Assembly (NCBI GenBank): GCA_963933585.1
Contig: CAWVWD010000001.1
Span: 1-28,932 of the forward strand
Origin: an uncultured Saprospiraceae bacterium
Lineage (GTDB): Bacteria > Bacteroidota > Bacteroidia > Chitinophagales > Saprospiraceae
Length of the DNA: 28,932 nt
Direction of reading: 5' to 3'
Both the position numbers and the translations under genes were made by a program. Below, piece by piece: positions 24,910-28,932 of the stretch (position 1 is its first letter; every line of letters starts with the position of its first letter). The notes beneath the pieces were generated by a model that saw nothing but the letters and a program-made list of their open reading frames with translations, searched no databases and was not told where the DNA came from.

Positions 24910-27900
24910 ATGAAAAAACTAATCTATATATTCACTTTACTTTGCTTGCCAATCTTCGTTATTGGACAAGGTTCAGCGGTAGAATTTGGCAAAAATAGAG
25001 TGCAATATCACGACTTCAAATGGTGGCAATATGAGTCTCAAAACTTCGTAACGTATTGGTACAAAGGTGGACAGAATATTGGACAATCAGTCGTGCAAAT
25101 GGCAGAATTAGATTATGAGGAAATTCGTTCGATTTTGGAATATCGAATTAATGATAAAATCGAAATCTTAGTTTATACCGATTTAACGGATTTGAAGCAG
25201 AGTAACGTTGGAAATGAGGAAACTTTTCTAAACTCTAGCGGGGCGACAAAAATCGTTGGAAATAAAATATTCGTTTATTTTGATGGAAATCATCTGAATT
25301 TGCGGAAGCAAATTCGAGAGGGAATGGCTCAGGTTTTATTGAATAATATGATGTTTGGTGTAAACCTCCAAGAAATTGTTCAAAACGCTGTTTTATTGAA
25401 TCTTCCGGCTTGGTTCACCGATGGTTTGGTGTCATTTGTGGGAGAAGATATTCCTGGACGAGATGGCTGGAATGCAGATTTAGATAATCGTTTGAGAGAT
25501 TTAATTATGTCTGGCAAAGTCAATAATTTTGATGATTTAGTGGCGATTGATGATAATTTTGCTGGTCATGCGTTTTGGTATTTCACCGCACAAAACTATG
25601 GCAAATCCACTGTTTCTAACTTATTATATTTAACTCGAATTAATAGAAGTGTAGAAAGTGGATTTTTGTATGTTTTAGGAACGACTTATACCGAAGCTAT
25701 GAAAAACTGGTTTCGTTTTTATCAGCAGCGATATATAGCCGATAAATCGGAACGAATAGAATTGACAGAAAATAGTATTATTCCGCATAAAAATAAACGA
25801 AACCTTCCTGTAACACAATTGAAAGTTTCACCAAATGGAAAATATGTGGCATATGTGCAAAATGAAACTGGGAAGTACAAAATATTTTTGCAAGAAGTAG
25901 AAACAGGAAAAAGAACGGTCATTAAAAAGGATGGAAATCGGAATATTTTTCAAGCGACAGATTATAATTATCCGCTATTATCTTGGACAACAGATAATCA
26001 AACTTTAGGAGTCGTTTTTGAAAAGCGAGACGAGATAAAGTTGATGACTTATGACCTTAACAGTAAAAAATCAAAAGTAGCAGATTTTCCACCTCGATAC
26101 GAAAGAATCTTTAGCATTGACTTTTATGACAATCGAAAAATGGTCATGTCAGCGTTGGAATCTGGTTATTCTGATATTTATGTTTATGATATTAGAACGA
26201 AAGGAGCGAGACAAATTACGAAAGATTATCACGATGATTTGGATGCGGCGTTTGTGAAAATTGATGGGCGACAAGGAATCGTTTTTGCTTCAAATCGAAG
26301 AGATTCTTTATTGAGAACACAAAAATTAGATACGGTTTTACCAATTACGAATTTTGATATTTGGTATTATGATTTGGAAACAAAAGGCTTGAAAGAATTG
26401 GTTCGTATCACAAATACGCCTTTGGCAAATGAATATAAACCAGTTGCGATAGATGAACGTTACTTTGGATTTTTAACGGATGAAAGCGGAATTATAAATC
26501 GTAACATTGCTTATATTGATACGGTCTTTGCTTATAATGAGCGGGTTTATCTATTAAAAGGTTCAGACAAAGAAATCATTTTACATGCAGATTCGACTTT
26601 AAATATTCCTGCTGAAAATATTGATTCGACTTTCATTCGTTCAATTTTCAAACCAAAAGGATTTTCTTACGAAAACTCTAATTATATTCGCTCAATTGTG
26701 GAACAACATACGGCACCTCGAATTGGAAAAGTATTGCAGTTGGTACAACAAAACGGTGAATATATATTTAGCATGGAGGATTTGGATGTCAATTATAAAG
26801 CAATAAAAACGCCAACGACCTACAAAAAACGAATTGAAAAAGTATATCAAGATAACTTAAAAAAGAGAATAGCCGCGGAAAAAGCAAATGAAGAATTCAG
26901 GAAAATACTGAATCCAAAAACGGAAAATCCTTTTAGAGAAGCCGTGAAAGTTGATTCTATTTCACCAAAGAAACAAGCTGTCATCACAAACCCTCCAAAG
27001 GATACTGGAAAGATTGATATTGATAATTACTTTTTTCAAAGCGAATTTGAAGATATTGAAACCGCAAAACCAAACGTGATGGTAGTCGATGCAGATGGTG
27101 ATAAAACGACTACAAAACCAGCACAAATTGCTATTCCGAAAGCCTTGAGAGAACCCAAAATTCATGAGTTTAGACGTTCTCGAATTATTCCATATCAATT
27201 AAAGTTCCGTTCTAATTTCGTTTCTACGACATTGGATAATAGTTTGCTTTTTGATGGTCGGGTTCCATTTACAGGCGAAAATGATTTTTATACTTATCCT
27301 GCTCCCGGAATTTTATTAATGGGAACGATTGACGATTTATTCGAAGATTACAAAATACAAGGAGGCCTTCGAATTCCAACAAGTTTTAATGGCGCAGAAT
27401 ATTTTTTAATGATTTCTGATTTAAGTAAGCGTTTGGATAAGCGTTACTCCTTTTATCGTCGGTCAATTCGCAGAAATGAACCGATGATTTTAACAGGAAG
27501 AAGAGGTCCCGGTCAACCGGTGGGAACTTATATTTATGATGATGCGACGACGCATACGGCGACGAATCTTTTGGAAGCTCAATTTAAATATCCTTTAGAT
27601 ATTTTTACGAGTATTCGAGCAACAGGGACTTTCAGAACGGATTCAAGAAACTTTTTAGCCAGTAATTATTTGACGCTTGACCAAGAAAGCTTACAAGAGC
27701 AACGTATTGGAGCGAAAGTAGAATATGTTTTTGATAATACGATTGATGTAAGCATGAACATTAAAAACGGTACTCGTTATAAAGTATTTTCAGAAGTTCA
27801 AAATAAATTTTCAGTACGTGTTGATAATGAGGAAGGTTTACAAGCAGACTTTAAGGACGGTTTATTAGGCATTATTGGGTTGGATGCACGTCATTATCAA

Positions 27901-28473
27901 AAGTTAGATAGATATTCGATTTTAGCCATTCGTTTGTCGGCTGCCACGTCTTTCGGAAACGAGAAAATGTTATATTATTTAGGTGGAACGGATAACTGGT
28001 TGTTCCCTCGATTTGAAGAATCTATTCCTGTAGATCCATCGGTTGGTTACGCTTATCAAGCTTTGGCGACAAACTTGCGTGGTTTTGGCAACAATATTCG
28101 TAATGGAAATTCTTATGCCGTTGCGAATTTTGAATTACGAGTACCAATATTTAGTTACTTCACTCGTCGTCCGATTAAGTCCTCATTTATGCGGAATTTC
28201 CAAGTCGTTGGCTTCTTCGATACTGGAACAGCATGGATTGGCTTATCGCCGTTTAATGATGAAAATCCGTTGAATACCGTAATAATTCAACAACCGAATT
28301 CCCCGATTTCTGTAAAAGTAAATTATTTCCGTAATCCGATTGTCTCCGGTTATGGTCTTGGTTTACGAACGACTGTTTTTGGTTATTTTTTAAGATTGGA
28401 TTTTGCGAGAGGGATCGAAACCGGCGTTTTACAAGATAGAATGGTTCATTTGTCTTTGGGAACGGATTTTTAA
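24910..28473 (+). CDS. Outer-membrane protein: signal peptide, peptidase-MA-like domain, TolB/PD40 beta-propeller and Omp85/BamA-like barrel (WD40-Omp85 class)
   Basis: FGKNRVQY, LPAWFTDGL, VSPNGKYVAY, alternating beta-strands, NLRGF loop motif, terminal Phe. Confidence 0.85.
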   Translation: MKKLIYIFTLLCLPIFVIGQGSAVEFGKNRVQYHDFKWWQYESQNFVTYWYKGGQNIGQSVVQMAELDYEEIRSILEYRINDKIEILVYTDLTDLKQSNVGNEETFLNSSGATKIVGNKIFVYFDGNHLNLRKQIREGMAQVLLNNMMFGVNLQEIVQNAVLLNLPAWFTDGLVSFVGEDIPGRDGWNADLDNRLRDLIMSGKVNNFDDLVAIDDNFAGHAFWYFTAQNYGKSTVSNLLYLTRINRSVESGFLYVLGTTYTEAMKNWFRFYQQRYIADKSERIELTENSIIPHKNKRNLPVTQLKVSPNGKYVAYVQNETGKYKIFLQEVETGKRTVIKKDGNRNIFQATDYNYPLLSWTTDNQTLGVVFEKRDEIKLMTYDLNSKKSKVADFPPRYERIFSIDFYDNRKMVMSALESGYSDIYVYDIRTKGARQITKDYHDDLDAAFVKIDGRQGIVFASNRRDSLLRTQKLDTVLPITNFDIWYYDLETKGLKELVRITNTPLANEYKPVAIDERYFGFLTDESGIINRNIAYIDTVFAYNERVYLLKGSDKEIILHADSTLNIPAENIDSTFIRSIFKPKGFSYENSNYIRSIVEQHTAPRIGKVLQLVQQNGEYIFSMEDLDVNYKAIKTPTTYKKRIEKVYQDNLKKRIAAEKANEEFRKILNPKTENPFREAVKVDSISPKKQAVITNPPKDTGKIDIDNYFFQSEFEDIETAKPNVMVVDADGDKTTTKPAQIAIPKALREPKIHEFRRSRIIPYQLKFRSNFVSTTLDNSLLFDGRVPFTGENDFYTYPAPGILLMGTIDDLFEDYKIQGGLRIPTSFNGAEYFLMISDLSKRLDKRYSFYRRSIRRNEPMILTGRRGPGQPVGTYIYDDATTHTATNLLEAQFKYPLDIFTSIRATGTFRTDSRNFLASNYLTLDQESLQEQRIGAKVEYVFDNTIDVSMNIKNGTRYKVFSEVQNKFSVRVDNEEGLQADFKDGLLGIIGLDARHYQKLDRYSILAIRLSAATSFGNEKMLYYLGGTDNWLFPRFEESIPVDPSVGYAYQALATNLRGFGNNIRNGNSYAVANFELRVPIFSYFTRRPIKSSFMRNFQVVGFFDTGTAWIGLSPFNDENPLNTVIIQQPNSPISVKVNYFRNPIVSGYGLGLRTTVFGYFLRLDFARGIETGVLQDRMVHLSLGTDF

Positions 28474-28502
28474 TTCTTGAAAAAATTAATAGAAATATCG
28501 AA

Positions 28503-28572
28503 TTTTGAATGTAGAATTTTTATCGCAGTAACGATACTTTTCGTTTTGACGATAAAAGTTCTACATTCAAAA
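28503..28572. repeat. 23-bp inverted repeat with heptamer character between convergent genes
   Basis: ttttgaatgtagaatttttatcg vs reverse complement ttttgaatgtagaacttttatcg (22/23), 24-nt loop. Confidence 0.75.
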
Positions 28573-28640
28573 CTCCTTATTCAATATTCAAAAACATTAT
28601 TGCGATAATACTCCAAAACGCAGCATGCCTTGTTCCTTAT

Positions 28641-28931
28641 TTATTTCCCTCTCGTCAAATAAACACCAAACAAAATCAAGCCCATTCCTCCGAAATGCCA
28701 AATCGAAATAAATTCGCCATCAAAGAAACCGATAGCAACCGCTGTAATCGGAATAATATAAGCGACTGCGGCACCGAATAACGCACTTGTCATTTGTACT
28801 AATTTTATAAAAACAATTGTGGCAAAAGCCGTACTAATAAGTCCTAAGTACATCACACTGCTGAATGAAATCCAAGCACTTTCGTGTGTTTGCATTACTT
28901 GAATAAAATCTGTGCCTAAGAATAAATAAGC
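28641..28931 (-). CDS. EamA/DMT family transporter, C-terminal part (5' end outside the window)
   Basis: Frame stays open to the window edge (AYLFLGTDFIQVMQ...); YLGLISTAFA, AVAYIIPITAVAIGFFDGE, GMGLILFGVYL. Confidence 0.9.
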   Translation of the reverse strand, partial: AYLFLGTDFIQVMQTHESAWISFSSVMYLGLISTAFATIVFIKLVQMTSALFGAAVAYIIPITAVAIGFFDGEFISIWHFGGMGLILFGVYLTRGK

Positions 28932-28932
28932 A

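Noticed and set aside
1-28932. CRISPR array, prophage, integrase or att-site duplication
   Set aside because: No regularly spaced 23-47 nt direct repeats with unique spacers, no phage or recombinase motifs, and no second copy of any tRNA 3' end seen by eye

Overview
AT-rich core-chromosome window from a Bacteroidota bacterium. The assignment rests on TAnnTTTG promoter boxes and on gene families such as DUF4293, SprE/PorW-like and WD40-Omp85; a Saprospiraceae/Chitinophagales-like lineage is only a guess. No prophage, CRISPR array, integrase or intact transposase is visible. Gene order: membrane-anchored coiled-coil protein, MOSC protein, archaemetzincin-like lipoprotein, a duplicated exbD, an exbB-4TM-exbD-exbD operon, tRNA-Ser(GGA), tatD, a ~104-nt rod-like RNA resembling 6S-Flavo, tRNA-Ser(GCT)/Pro(TGG)/Val(GAC), murI, NudC-like Nudix, mnmA, crtZ, group II truncated globin, DUF4293, alkaline phosphatase, pheS, an M23-bactofilin-AtpZ/AtpI-like block with no atp operon behind it, a divergent SprE/PorW-like TPR protein, thiL, MBL-fold hydrolase, a 1187-aa peptidase-like/beta-propeller/Omp85 protein and a partial EamA transporter. 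The points most worth following up are the unannotated 6S-like RNA, the three-ExbD motor locus, an atypical SprE without a lipobox and with a K-rich insert, the orphaned atpZ/atpI genes, the pseudo-peptidase Omp85 protein, and a dense set of intergenic inverted-repeat elements (MITE/REP-like elements and inverted 6-8-mer arrays). All family calls come from motif recognition by eye; no database searches were run.
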